In this document: positions 43,968-57,095 of the stretch, one piece after another | Numbering within the stretch: the stretch's first letter is position 1 | How the letters are laid out: each line of letters begins with the position of its first letter | Assembly (NCBI GenBank): GCA_038087875.1 | Contig: CM075986.1 | Location: 2,542,001 to 2,606,000 of the forward strand | Direction: 5' to 3' | Source of the DNA: Malacoraja senta | Lineage: Eukaryota | Length of the DNA stretch: 64,000 nucleotides | Notes under the pieces: model-generated | What the model was told of the DNA's origin: nothing | Seen by the model: only the letters and a program-made list of their open reading frames with translations | Database searches by the model: none | Translations under genes and position numbers: made by a program

Positions 43968-46655
43968 CCGTGCCTGCCTTCTCCCCATATCCCTTGATTC
44001 CACTAGCCCTTAGAGCTATATCTAACTCTCTCTTAAATCCATCCAGTGACTTGGCCTCCACTGCCCTCTGAGGCAGGGAATTCCACAAATTCACAACTCT
44101 CTGGGTGAAAAAGGTTTTTCTCACCTCAGTCTTAAATGGCCTCCCCTATATTCTAAGACTGTGTCCCCTGGTTCTGGACTCGCCCAACATTGGGAACATT
44201 TATCCTGCATTTAGCTTGTCGTGTCCTTTTATAATTTTATATGTTTCTATAAGATCCCCCTCATCCTTCTAAACTCCAGTGAATACAAGCCTAGTCTTTT
44301 CAATCTTTCCTCATATGACAGTCCCGCCATCCCAGGGATCAATCTTGTGAACCTATGCTGCACTGCCTCAATCACAAGAATGTCCTTCCTCAAATTAGGA
44401 GACCAAAACTGTACGCAATACTCCAGATGTGGTCTTACCATAGCCCTATACAACTGCAGAAGAACCTCTCTACTCCTAGACTGAAATCCTCTTGTTATGA
44501 AGGCCAACATTCCATTAGCTTTCTTCACTGCCTGCTGTACCTGCACGCCAACTTTCAGTGACCGGTGTACAAGGACACCCAGGTCTCGCTGTACGGCCCC
44601 CTTACCTAACCTAACCCCATTGAGATAATAATCTGCCCCCTTGTTTTTGCCACTAAAGTGGATAATCTCACATTTATCTATATTATACTGCATCTGCCAC
44701 GCATCTGCCCACTCACTCAACCTGTTCAGGTCCCCCTGCAACCTCCTAACATCCTCTTCACAGTTCACCCTGCCACCCAGCTTTGTGTCATCCGCAAACT
44801 TTCTAGTGTTGCTCCTAATTCCCTCTTCCAAATCATTAATATATATTGTAAACAGTTGCGGCCCCAACACCGAGCCTTGCGGCACTCCACTCGCCACTGC
44901 ATGCCATTCTGAAAAGGACCCGTTCACTCCTACTCTTTGCTATCTGTCTGCCAACCAATTTTCTATCCACTTCAACACCCTACCCCCAATAGCATGTGAT
45001 CTAATTTTAGTCACCAGTCTCCCATGCGGGACCTTATCAAAGGCTTTCTGAAATTCTAGATACACTACATCTACTGGCTCCCCTTCATCCATTTTACTTG
45101 TCACATCCTCAAAAAATTCCAGAAGATTAGTCAAGCATGATTTTCCTTTCATAAATCCATGCTGACTTGGACTAATCCTTTTACTGCTATCCAAATGCCC
45201 CATTATTACCTCTTTAATAATTGACTCCAGCATCTTTCCCACCACCGAAGTCAGGCTAACTGGTCTATAATTCCCCGTTTTTCTCTCTCACTCCTTTCTT
45301 GAAAAGTGGGATAACATTAACGATCCTCCAATCCACAGGAACTGATCCTGAATCTATTGAACATTGGAAAATGATCACCAATACGTCCAATATTTCTAGA
45401 GCCACCTCCCTGAGATGCAGTCCATCAGGCCCCGGGAATTTATCATCCTTCAGTCCCGTTAGCCTACCCAATACTATTTCTCGCCTAATGAAAATTTATT
45501 TCAGTTCCTCGACACCCTTAGATCCTCTCTCCTCCAGTACTTCTGGGAGATTGTTTGTGTCTTCCTTAGTGTAGACAGATCCGAAGTACCTGTTCAACTC
45601 TTCTGCCATTTCCTTGTTCCCCATAATAATTTCACCCGTGTCTGCCTTCAAGGGACCCACATTTGACTTTACTCTTTTTCCCTTAACATATCTAAAGAAG
45701 CTTTTACTGTCCTTCTTTATATTCCTGGCCAGCTTCCCTTCGTACTTCATCTTTACAGCCCGTATTGCCCGTTTTGTTTCCTTCTGTTGTCCTATGAAAG
45801 TTTCCCAATCCTCTGGCTTCCGGCTACTCTTTGCTGTGTTATACATCTTTTCTTATAGTTTTATTCTATCCCTAACTTCTCTTGTCAGCCACGGTTGCCT
45901 CCTACTCTTTAGAATCTTTCTTCTTTTTTGGAATGAAATGATCCTGCGTCTTCCGGATTATGCCCAGAAATTCCTGCCATTGCTGTTCCACCATCATTCC
46001 TGCTAGTGTCCCTTTCCAATCTACCTTGGCCAGCTACTCTCTCATGCCTTCATAATCCCCTTTGTTCAGCTGCATCACTGCCATTTCCGATTTAACCTTC
46101 TCCTTCTCAAATTGCAGATTAAAACTAATCATATTATGATCACTACCTCCAAGCAGTTCCTTTACCTCGAGTTCTCTTATCAAATTTGGTTCATTGGACA
46201 ACACTAAATCCAGAATTGCCTTTTCTCTGGTCGGCTCCGTTACAAGCTGCTCTAAGAATCCATCTCGGAGGCACTCTACAAACTCTCTTTCTTGGGGTCC
46301 TGAACCAACCTGATTTTCCCAGTCTACCTGCATATCGAAATCCCCCATCACCACAGTGGCATTACCTTTGTTACATGCCAGTTTTAACTCCTGCTGCAAC
46401 ACCCTACATCTGGGCTACTATTTGGGGGTCTGTAGATAATACCAATTAGTGTCTTCTTGCCTTTGCAATTCCTCAACTCAATCCACAGTGATTCTACCTC
46501 GTCAGTCCCTATGTCTCCCCTCGCAAGGGACTGAATTCCATTCCTCACCAGAAGAGCTACCCCCCCCCCCCCTCCTCTGCCCACCTGCCTGCCCTTTCTA
46601 TAGGATGTATAGCCCTGAATATTAAGTTCCCAGACCCGATCCTCCTGCAGCCATG
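43968..46655 (-). mobile_element. CR1 LINE ORF2, same subfamily as 38526-41392, frameshifted, 5'-truncated
   Basis: ORF pieces 46384-46701, 46034-46402, 45496-45846, 44940-45245 and 44247-44927 ([15 protein letters not shown]). Colinear with the upstream copy. Confidence 0.95.
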
Positions 46656-46656
46656 T

Positions 46657-46990
46657 AGATTGGCACAAAATACTGGAGTAGCTCAGCGGGACTGTCAGCA
46701 TCTGTGGAAAGAAGGAATGGGAGATGTTTCTGGTCGAGACCCTTCTTCAGACTAGTCAGGGGAAAGGGAAATGAGAGATATAGACAGTGATGTTGAGTGA
46801 TATAAAACAAATGAATTAAAGTTATGCAAAAAAGTAATGATAATAAAGGAAACAGGCCATTGTTGGCCATTTGTTGTGTGAGAACATGAACATGGTGCGA
46901 CTTGAGTGGACGAGGGATAGAGAGATAGGGAGTGCAGGGGTTACTTGAAGTTAGAGAAATTAATATGCACACCACTGGGTTGTAAGATGC
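46657..46990 (-). mobile_element. Penelope-like element 3' fragment with hammerhead pLTR
   Basis: Minus strand LQPSGVHINFSNFK-stop near 46985-46941, then AGTCTGAAGAAGGGTCTCGACCAGAAACATC. Confidence 0.82.
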
Positions 46991-47474
46991 CATTCTGGAC
47001 TGGGACAACAATGCTGAGTGTGTTTTCATCTCCCCATTCACAAGTTGGATTTGCTACCTCCACCACCCAAACAAGTATCAATCCCCAAAGAAACTGATCT
47101 CAACCCATGACACATTTACACCCTCAATCCCAATTGTCCCAGCTCTCCCATTGCCAAAGGCCCTGTCCTTCGAAACTTGAATCGGCCTGGTCAGCCCACG
47201 ACTTAAACCCCAAATAACCAACAGCTAGGTCCAGACTTGGTGACGTCCTAACTTAATGTTTGGCCCTGGCACGGTTTCCCAGGCTCCAGATTCAACCTAA
47301 CCCTATGACTCCCCATTGACCCCAACTGGTCCCCATCACCTCCAACAGGATACAATGTCTAGCCAGCTACTACTGATGACCAGTGGCTCTCCCTCATCCA
47401 CTACCAACCCACACCATCACACCCAGTCCAGGTCTAGGGGGCTATGTTTTAGCTTGCGCACTCTGCAGTGAGTG

Positions 47475-47925
47475 GAGAACTTATGATGAGCGTTTGTCGG
47501 CACTGGGCCTGTACTCCCTGGAGTTTAGAAGAATGAGGGGAGACCCTCATTGAAACATACAGAATAGTGAACGGCATGGATAGAGTGGATTTGGAGATGA
47601 TGTTTCCACTGGTGGGAGAGTCTAGGACTAGAGGTCATAGCCTCAGAATTAAAGGACGTTCTTTTCGGAAGAAGATGAGAGGACATGTATTCAGTCAGAG
47701 AGTGGAGATTCTGTGGAATTCTTTGCCACAGATGGCTGTGGAGACCGTCAGTGGACATTTTTAAGGCAGAGATAGATAGATTTTTGATTAATACAGATGT
47801 CAGAGGTTATGGGGTGAAGGCAGGAGAATGGGGTTAGGAGGGAGAAATAGATCAGCCATGATTGAATGGCAAAGTAGACTTGATGGGCCGAATGGCCTAA
47901 TTCTGCTCCTATCACATGACCTTAT
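47475..47925 (+). mobile_element. CR1 3' fragment
   Basis: MFPLVGESRTRGHSLRIKGRSFRKKMR..FSQRV and the tail GGGCCGAATGGCCTAATTCTGCTCC. Confidence 0.9.
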
Positions 47926-48249
47926 AACTTGCACGGTGGGGTTCACCAGTGAGTGCCGACATGATGGAAGCCTCAAGCCAGAACAACCATGCCGTTCAGC
48001 AACCCTATACAACTGCTTATGGGTCGCACATCAGTGTCTGCACCAAAAATACATAAACTGTGGTTATTCAAGTTTTATAAAGGATTTTAACATTCTGTTG
48101 AAGATATGTTTCATTGTTTGAGGCATAAAAAAGAACGCTAGAATTTATAAAGACCCATGCGTAAGGTAGGCTAATAGGCTTCTTGCCTCGTGTAAGATTT
48201 CAAGCGGTGTTAACTGCAAGTTCTAGAAGTGGTGCCGTTGGATATTACC

Positions 48250-48660
48250 TCTCCTCTCCTTATCTGACGCCATTTGTCTCCTTTTCATCTCTAGCTTTTG
48301 TCACCTACTTCATCCATCTGACATTCAACCCCACCCCCCTTCTCCAGCACCCACTTATCACTGAGTCTGAAGAAGGGTTTCGGTCCAAAACATTGCCTAT
48401 CTCCTTCGCTCCATAGATGCTGCTGCACCCGCTGAGTTTCTCCAGCATTTTTGTGTACCTCCCACTTATCACTTGCCAGGCTTGGTCTTTCCCCCCACCT
48501 TTTTGTTCCAGCTTTCACCCCCTATTCCAATCAGTCTGAAGATGGGTCCAGACCATAAAATGTCACCTGTCCATTCCCTCCCAAGATGCTGCCTGACCCA
48601 ATGAGTTCCTCCAGCACTTTGTGTTTTGCACACAATTCTAGCATCTGCAGTTTCATACGT
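48250..48660 (+). mobile_element. Older Penelope UTR/pLTR fragment hosting a younger hammerhead unit
   Basis: Pyrimidine-rich UTR like 16400-16600, with pLTR AATCAGTCTGAAGATGGGTCCAGACC at 48528. Confidence 0.7.
48363..48460 (+). mobile_element. 98-bp solo hammerhead unit with perfect 13-bp TSD
   Basis: GAGTCTGAAGAAGGGTTTCGGTCCAAAACATTGCC... lies between CCCACTTATCACT at 48350-48362 and 48461-48473. Confidence 0.85.
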
Positions 48661-49084
48661 CTCGGGTTCCTCCGGAATTTGTTTATGCTCCAGAATATAG
48701 TGCATGAAGCCGCAAGTGTCTCTAGTAGTGGATTTAGACTGTATTGACCCAGTCTAATGCAGGGAATAGAGAGTTGTGTACATTGATCCCACACAGTGCA
48801 TTGCCTTCACTGGGTCAACTAAGTCAGATGTGAAAGGGTTAAAATCTGTCATGAATTTGAGACATTTTGTTCCAGAAACCAATTACACTCCTGTTAGTAA
48901 ATAAGATGGGATATGACATGAGAGATTGCTTTAAAGCTCTTAGCTTCAGTGTCAATAAATGGATTCAAGGTTTGTACAATCAGGTTTTCCTTTCATTGTC
49001 CAGTGCCGTGTTAAACCACAAGTAAATGTGGTGAAATCCTTTGCATCTTTTATGCATCCCATAACTTCACATACAGCACACAGC

Positions 49085-49612
49085 TTAATAGGACTTTGAT
49101 TGGGCCAACTTGGCATAATGTGTGCAGTTCTGGTTGGCCCATGACAGGAAAGGCATGAAGGCTTTGGAGAGGGTATAGAAATTGTTTACCAGAATGCTTC
49201 CGAGATTAGAAGATATTAGCAAAAAAAGATGTTGGACAAACTTGGATTGTTTTCTGGATGACTGAAGGGAGACCTGGTTGAATATATAAAATTAAGAAAG
49301 AAATAGATATGGGTAGACAGTCAGAACCATTTTCCCAGTGTGGAAACAGAGGGTATAGATTTAAGTCGAGAGGGACAACATTTAAAGAGATATGTGGGCC
49401 AGTTTTTTTTACACACTGAGAGTGGTAAATGCCTGCCAGGGGTGATGGTGAAGGCAGATATGATAGTGGCATTCAAGAAGCTTTTAGATGGACATGTGGA
49501 TATGCAGAGAATAGACAGGATTTATAACACGTTGTAGCGAGAGGAGATTTATTTACAGTAACATGGCATCAGATTCGGCACAGACATTGCAGTGCTCTTC
49601 TATGTTCTATGT
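49085..49612 (+). mobile_element. CR1 (HER1-like) 3' fragment, old
   Basis: TGTGTGCAGTTCTGG (CVQFW), FKKLLDGHVDMQ, CTATGTTCTATGT tail. Confidence 0.75.
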
Positions 49613-50461
49613 ATACAATCACTATTTCTGTTTTCTGAAACCAACAGTCGAGATAGGAGACCAAATGTAGATGTAGCTGGTTTTGTTTCACATTTCTTAA
49701 ATTGCAGATCTCACCTCATTTGAAAGGACACAATAAGCCTTTTGCATAGAAAATAACAAAAGCATGCTCCCATTTGGCAAAAAAGACCTTTCAGATCAAA
49801 AAGACCTTTTATCTCTGGCAGATCAAGTATTTTCTTAGAGACGGTAATACCCAAGGATGTTTCAACTTAACTTTTCGTCCATGCTTCCCCATCTTCCAGT
49901 GTTACCTGGTAGAAACTATCTTCCAACGTTTGTGACCTAAACCAAGTGTACATGAGGTGACTGTATTGTGGAGCACTTGTTCTCTGATTGGAAAAGGCCA
50001 CCTTTTCTGACCCTAATAAAGGTACTATAGAAATGCAAATTATTTCTCATAATACAAGGTTTCACCTGAGTTGACGTGGACCATCAAGGTTGAAAACTTA
50101 ATATACAACCAAATTATATACAGCAATTGTAGGTTAACATGAATTATTGTATATTTTTATTTTTAATTTCCTGTTTTTATTTTATTTTATTATGATATTG
50201 TATACTTTGTAGAGTTCAGTTCTCTATCAGAGAACAGGATCCAATTGTTATTGCAATAATTGAATGTCTTCAGTGGATTGCATTATTAGCTTTATAAAGT
50301 TAAGTATAATTCCACTTAGTTTTTCTTCAAATTCTCATTAAGCTGTATCTGTAAAAATGATGTAATGCTTTGGTTTGAATATCTGCTCTTTGATTCAATT
50401 TTCCCTGTCTCAACCTAATCAGACACCTAAATCAATAAAAAGTACAATAAGGCTTTGATCA

Positions 50462-50833
50462 GTATTGATTTTTTTGGATTGAAAGATACAGAATGGAAAG
50501 ATAGTCTGAATCCACGCTGCCCATTGATCCGCCATTCACATTAGTTCTTTATTATCCCACTCTCGCACTCATTTTGTGCCTTAAACACTGGGAACAATTT
50601 ACAAAGGTTGATTAAGCTCCAAACCTGCACATCTTTGGGATGTGGGATGTGGGATGTGGGATTTGGGATGTGGGAGGAAGCCAGAGCACCCGGAGGAAAC
50701 GCACAAAATCACAGGGAGAGCATAGAACATAGAAACGGGTCCTTTGGCCGACATTGATCACCCGTTCACACTAATTCTATGTTAACTCATTTCTCATCCA
50801 CCCCCTACACATTGGGGACAATTTACAGAGGTC
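50462..50833 (-). mobile_element. Two partial V-SINEs, one with an internal (GGGATGT)n expansion at 50636-50674
   Basis: SINE tail and V-core sequence plus a tandem 7-mer. Confidence 0.7.
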
Positions 50834-51229
50834 AATAGACAATAGGTGCAGGAGTAGGCCATTCAGCCCTTTGAGCCAGCACCGCCATTCAATGTGATCA
50901 TGGCTGATCATCCACAATCAGTACCCCATTCCTGCCTTCTCCCCTTATCCCCTGACTCCGCTATCTTTAAGAGCCCTATCTAGCTCTCTCTTGAAAGTAT
51001 CCAGAGAACCTGCCTCCACCGCCCTCTAAGGCAGAGAATTCCACAGACTCACAACTCTCTGTGTGAAAAAGTGTTTCCTCATCTCCATTCTAAATGGCTT
51101 ACCCCTTATTCTTAATCTGTGGCCCCTGGTTCTGGACTCTCCTAACATCGGGAACATGTTTCCTGCCTCTAGCGTGTCCAAACCCTTAATAATGTTATAT
51201 GTTTCAATAAGATCCCCTCTCATCCTTCT
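50834..51229 (-). mobile_element. CR1 3' fragment, young
   Basis: ORF 51026-51223 MRGDLIETYNIIKGLD..FTQRVVSLWNSLP and the tail GGCCTACTCCTGCACCTATTGTCTATTG. Confidence 0.92.
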
Positions 51230-51749
51230 GAAATAAGATCGCCTTTCATCCTTCTATGTTTCAATAAGATCCCCTCTCAAAGCTATAGAAACGGGTTTAA
51301 TTATGACTTTTAAAAAACATTTGGACAGATATATGGATAGGAAGGGTTTAGCGGGATATGGGCCAAATGTAGGCAAATGGGACTGGCCCAGTATGCAAAC
51401 TTGGTCGGCATGGACAGGGTGGACTGAAGGGCCTGTTTCCATGCTGTACAGCTCTGACTCCTTGTGATACCAAAGAACTTACCTGGAGAAGCAGGATATA
51501 TTCCTGGATGCGATGAACTGGCTGAAAGAGCAACAGCAGCACGTCGGGCCTGGACTTGGAAGAGTTGTCCTATGGAAAGAAACAGCAATTGTCACAGATA
51601 AATAATTAATGTACAGAGAGACATAAGGAACTGCAGATACTGGAAACTGGAACCAAACACAAAGGAGGAACTCAGTGGAGGAACTCAGTGGATCAGGCAG
51701 AACTAGTGGAGGGAGTCGGAAGAAGGGTCAATTGATCTACGAACCGTCA

Positions 51750-51903
51750 TAGGGATGTGGGCAGAAACCAGAGCACCTGGAGGAAGTCTATGCGATCACA
51801 GGGAGAACGTGCAAACTCCACACACACAGTACCCGTGGTGAGGATCGACCCCGGGTCTCTGGCACTGCGAGGCAGTAGCTCTACCAGCTGCACCACTGTG
51901 CTG
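51750..51903 (-). mobile_element. V-SINE 5' part
   Basis: GGATCGACCCCGGGTCTCTGGCACTG..GCACCACTGTG. Confidence 0.8.
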
Positions 51904-52957
51904 GTATTAGAAACATAGAAACATAGAAAATAGGTGCAGTAGTAGGCCATTTTGCCCTTCGAGCCATTCAATATAATCATGGCTGATCATCCAAAATCAG
52001 TACCCCATTCCTACTTTCTCCCCACATCCCTTGATTCCGTTAGCCCTAAGAGCTGTATCTAACTGATGAATTGATGAATGCAGGTGACATCCCTTACACA
52101 AACTGTCCATACAGCAGTTTGATGAGCCTCAATTTTCAGGAGTGTAGACCTGCTTCAGTTCCTCCACCTACACTGATGAGAGACTGTGCTGAAGGGCTGA
52201 TGCTGCAGTCGCTGGTAGTATTATATAAGAGGCACAAAGAAAGGGCAAGCACAAAAATCATCTTATCCTGGGAGGAGATGTCAAACTGTCATGTTAAAAT
52301 GTGCTGAGAGCCTCGGTGCTTATAGTTGCTGTGGCAACTGTAGTGCCATGTGTCTGCACTTATGTGTTTTTCTGTTGATAATTGTAAATGTGAACAAGTG
52401 CCAGGTTGCACTTTACACCTGCTTGGCATGTAGCCCTGTCTTAATTGGACGCACTGAAGCTGCGGAAAGAATATTCCGGGATTTAAAGCAAATTGACAGG
52501 TGCTGATGCTCAGACCTTTAACACAGCAATTTGGATAACAAGAAGACTTTGACCTGCCTTTTATTTCAACAACACTAACAGTATTCCATCTGCTTCTAGA
52601 AAGCGCAGCCTTTAAAAGTGCAAGGCTTAATGTAGCAAATAGTAAATGCATTCACTATTTTGATCTTCTATTTGCCTTCACTGTTGCACACTACAAACAA
52701 AGAAAAACACTCCTATTATTCAGTGAGCATTTATGTTTGTAAACAACATCGATTTAAAAGTTGCCTCCTTTGGTTAACTTTGTCATTGAACAGTGTGGAG
52801 TAAATAGTGAGAAGGAATCAGAAGTACAGAAGTACATCTCCTGATGATTGAACTATAGGTGCCATAGACTACGATAACCATGCCCACAGTAGAGTCAATC
52901 GATTTCAAACAAATAATTGCATGATCAATCAGAATTTCAACAAGTATAAACCGCTAG

Positions 52958-53243
52958 AGGTAGCACAGTGGTGCAGCGGTAGAGCTGCTGCCTTACAGTG
53001 CCAGAGACCAGGGTTTGATCCTGACTACAGATGCTGTCTGTACGTTCTCCCTACATGGGCTTTCTCTGGGTGCTCCGGTTTCCTTCTACATGCCAAAGAC
53101 ATACAGGTTTGTAGGATAATTGGTTTTGGTAAGTTGTAAAAAAAAATTGTCCCTGTTGTGTGTAGGTTAGTATACGGTGTGATCACTGGCTGGCACGGAC
53201 TTAGTGAGCCGAAGGGCTTGTTTTCACGCTGTATCTCTAAAGT
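52958..53243 (+). mobile_element. V-SINE
   Basis: A/B boxes, V core, tail. Confidence 0.88.
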
Positions 53244-53574
53244 CCAATGATTGCAATGTTTAAAAAATGCTCTCTCCCCAAAAGTTGTGTTAAAATGGTG
53301 ATAACTGATGGGGCTGGGGTTGGGTCTGTGGCAAAGTATGTTTTGGATATGGACATCCCTCTTCACCTTTCACAGAGATATTATTTTGCAAACAAGGTCC
53401 AAGAAGTGACACGTTTTTAATGGAGCCTTGCCCAAAATGGGCACAACTTTTACCCTGGGCAATCTACTTTCAGATACTACTCCAGGTTAGACTGTATTTG
53501 ATGTAATAATCTTAATTAGTCTTTCATTCTTTGTTGATGATATATTTTTATTGTTGCTTATTTCATTCATAATT

Positions 53575-53905
53575 ACTACACCGAACAGTGCAGCACAAAA
53601 ACACGGTGTTTGTGCCCATAATGTCTGTGTCAAACATGATGCCAAGTTAAACTGATCTCCACTGCCTGCACATAATCCATATCCCTCCATTCCCTGCATA
53701 TCCATGTGCCTATTTAAAAGCCTCTTCCCACACATCACCGTTACATTTTCCTCTTCTGATCTTAATCCTACGCCTTCTAGTCTTTGACAATTCCAACCTG
53801 GGAATAAAAAGTTCTGACAGTCTATCCTCTCATAATTTTATAAACTTCTATCAGGTCTCCTCTCAGACTCCGATGCTCCAAAGCAAACAATTCAAGTTTT
53901 GTCCA
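53575..53905 (-). mobile_element. CR1 (HER1-like) 3' fragment, old
   Basis: RLLNRHMDMQGMEGYG in ORF 53487-53738. Confidence 0.75.
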
Positions 53906-54676
53906 ACCAAATGGCATTTGGGAAAAAAGCAAGACATTAATTTCCTTGGATATAGCAGACATCCAAGTTTTTAAACCCTGCTTGGAAGATATTAGTGGAG
54001 AGCAATCCTCAATGTTTTGAAGTTTAAATTATCCTTGAATATTTGTGAATATCGTGAAAATACAGAAATGTTGAAAGATAATGACAATATAGTAGGAAAT
54101 CTAAGACAAGGACTTTTCTGGCCACCAAGGAGTTTTGTGGCCAGGATATGTTCTGGCCCATCCTTATTACTTGATCACATTGTCCAACACATTGCCACCA
54201 TTCAGGGCCTTGCCTCCCCACCTCAAATCCAATGACCATCTCAACCAACAACATTGGCCTTCCAGCCGCTGAGAAGGAAGATATTGAGCATTGATATTGA
54301 ATCCCAACTAGGTGAATTTGTGTTAAATTTTTGCCTGGAGGGCCACATGGAGCTCTGAGGGTTTTCTCCACAAGCATCTGCCATGCAGAATTTATAAAAC
54401 AGTGTGCCTGTTAACTCCAAGACAAACTATTCTTCGTTCTTTATCAAATGAGATTTGTTTGTGAAATGATTCCCATCAGCTACAACCATTCAAGAGGTGC
54501 AGACTAGATTTAAATGGTGTACAATTGTAACAATTTTGAGGCTCCACTGATGTTTATCTAATAAGTTGTGAGTAGGGAAACAAACAGTCTGTTGGAGGAA
54601 CTCAGGGGATCAAACAGCATCTGTGACGGTGAAAGGAATTGTCTATGTTTTGTGTGGGAAACTGTGAGGGGTGTGT

Positions 54677-54942
54677 TCACAAGTTCTAGGAGTAGAATTA
54701 GGCCATTCCGCCATCAGGCCTTTGAGTCTACTCCACCATTCAATCATGGCTGATCTCGGATTCCTGATCCCATTTTCTTGCCTTCTCCCATAACCCTTGA
54801 CACCCGTTGTAATCAAGAATTTGTCTATCTCTGCCTTAAAAATTTCCACTGAATTGGTCTCCAGAGCCCTCTGTGGCAATGAGTTCCACAGATGAACTAC
54901 CCTCTGACTAAAGAGATTTCTCCTCACCTCCTTTCTAAAAGA
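54677..54942 (-). mobile_element. CR1 3' fragment
   Basis: SFRKEVRRNLFSQRVVHLWNSLPQRA..FKAEIDKFL. Confidence 0.88.
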
Positions 54943-56751
54943 GCGCCAAAAAGAGTGTTGGCGGCATGCTGAACGCATTATAATGTACATAATTTGGCAT
55001 GCAGTCTGCATGCTACTCACTGGGCATGAGTTATCATTGCTTCAAAATCTCCAAACCCCTTTGCAGGCCTCAGCAATGTTACCCTCCCAGCCTCGAGTAA
55101 AGCCAATGATAAAAATTAATAATCTTTAAATAGATGTATAACAATCTTCCTGCAACTTTTAAAATCCATCCGATGAAATAAAACCATCAACCTTTTGATG
55201 AGAAACAGAAATAATCTCTTCAGAAATAACATCCAAGTATTCGGATAAGAAAAATATTTAACTATTAACTGGAAAATCTTGATACAATTGCAGAACTGTT
55301 GGACTCAACTACGCAATCAAAACTCTAGTCTCTGGTTAAGGTGTCTTCCCACAAATATAAAGGATAGCCAATGTCATATTCTACAGAATTGTAGTATGGT
55401 AGGGTACAGGTAACCGTTTGGTCTAAGGTGTACCAGTCCTTGCAAAGGTATCAGATTCATCTATCTGATCTAATTCAAGTAAACTTCCTCCCAGACTTTC
55501 TCAAAGGCTTGTGAGTACTCCATGAAGTATAGAGGCCAGAAGAGATATGATACTCCAAATGCGACCAAACCAGCGTTTTATGAAGTTTAGTAGAACTTGG
55601 TTGCTTTTGTACTCTGAGCCTCTGTTTGTAAAGCCAATATATGCACTTGTGTACATATGAGTGCAGACACCTTAATACTGAGATATATTTTGCATGCTTA
55701 ATGATTAAGTTTTATTAAAGATTGATAGCTTGCCTCAATTGCTGGAGTGCAAACCTTTCTCCTGGACTTCATATCGTTAAGGCTGTTTCCAGGCCGTTCT
55801 GAAGCAATGTTGCATTGTCAATGGCAGTATATTTGAATTTGTATGGATGAGAATTTAAGCATGTCAGCATAAAAGCTTTCATGCAAAATTCGAAAGCAGA
55901 GTCATTGCTCCAATATAATTACTCTCTCACTCGAAACAAGGTAACTCAGAATAAAATCATATTTTTTTTCATGGGACTTTCTTGTGCACCAATGGAAAAC
56001 TGCGACAAAATAGTGTCGCAGTTCAGTTCTTTAGATGTACAGCACTTAGGAACATTGAGAGGATGTGATTATACACCATGAAATTGCAACCTTTTCTCAT
56101 CTTTGAGCTGAGTTCAACCCATCCAACAAATAAATGATTCACCCTAACGAGTTCTGTTCCATATTCTCGTTCAATGGCCTGTGGAAGCCCATGTGAAATG
56201 TGAGCACAGGGAAGATGGATTTAAATCCATTTCAAGTCAAATAAATTATTATTTTCAATCGACTGACAACTTAGATGGTTTATATTGTGGCTGTTAGCAT
56301 TGGTAGATTTTCTTTCCAGTGAAGAATGGGAAAGGGATTCTGTATATTAGTTTCTTCTAGTTATAGTTACACGTTAATTGTTTTTTTGAAGTGGCCAGTG
56401 TGTGTTGTATATATACATCTTTTTAGGCTATTGAACAAACTCCGAGGTATATTTTGGTGGAAGAGGGTTTGGTGAGGACATGTGCTCCATCTGAATGTTG
56501 GCTCATTGTTAGCTTTTGCTAGTTAGTGCAAAGTCTGACATTTAATCACAAAATACTGAAAGGCAAAGAAAAAGCTGCTAATAAACAGATAGCAGCCCAG
56601 ATTTAGAGCCTTAATCAAAGCTAAATCATTCAATATGGTTTAAATTTATTTGCTTAAAATTTTAGTTCAGTCTGGTAATGTTTTTTAGTATGTATCACTA
56701 TTCTGAATGATGGGATATTTCTGTTATAACTTATTCTGTTATTATTTTGAA

Positions 56752-57095
56752 TATTGAAGGGCCTGGATAGAGTAGATGTGGAGAGGATGTTTCCACGAGT
56801 AGGAGAGTCTAGGACCCAAGCCCATAGCCTCAGAATAAAAGGACGTACCAGTAGAAAAGAGATGAGGAAGAATTTTTTCCGTCAGATGGTGGTGAATCTG
56901 TGGAATTCATTGCCACTGACAGCTGTGGAGGCCAAGTGAAATTGATATATTAAGGCAGAGATTGACAGACTCTTGATTAGTAAGGGTGTCAGGGGTTATG
57001 CAGGGACGGAGGAGAATGGGGTTGAGAGGGAAAGATAGGTCAGCCATGATTGAATGGCAGAATAGACTTGATGGGCCGAGTGGCCTAATTCTGCG
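56752..57095 (+). mobile_element. CR1 3' fragment
   Basis: KGLDRVDVERMFPRVGESRT..VVNLWNSLP. Confidence 0.88.

Noticed and set aside
50636-50674. Regular short repeats as a CRISPR-like or telomeric array
   Set aside because: It is a (GGGATGT)n slippage expansion within a SINE, with no spacers and no TTAGGG.
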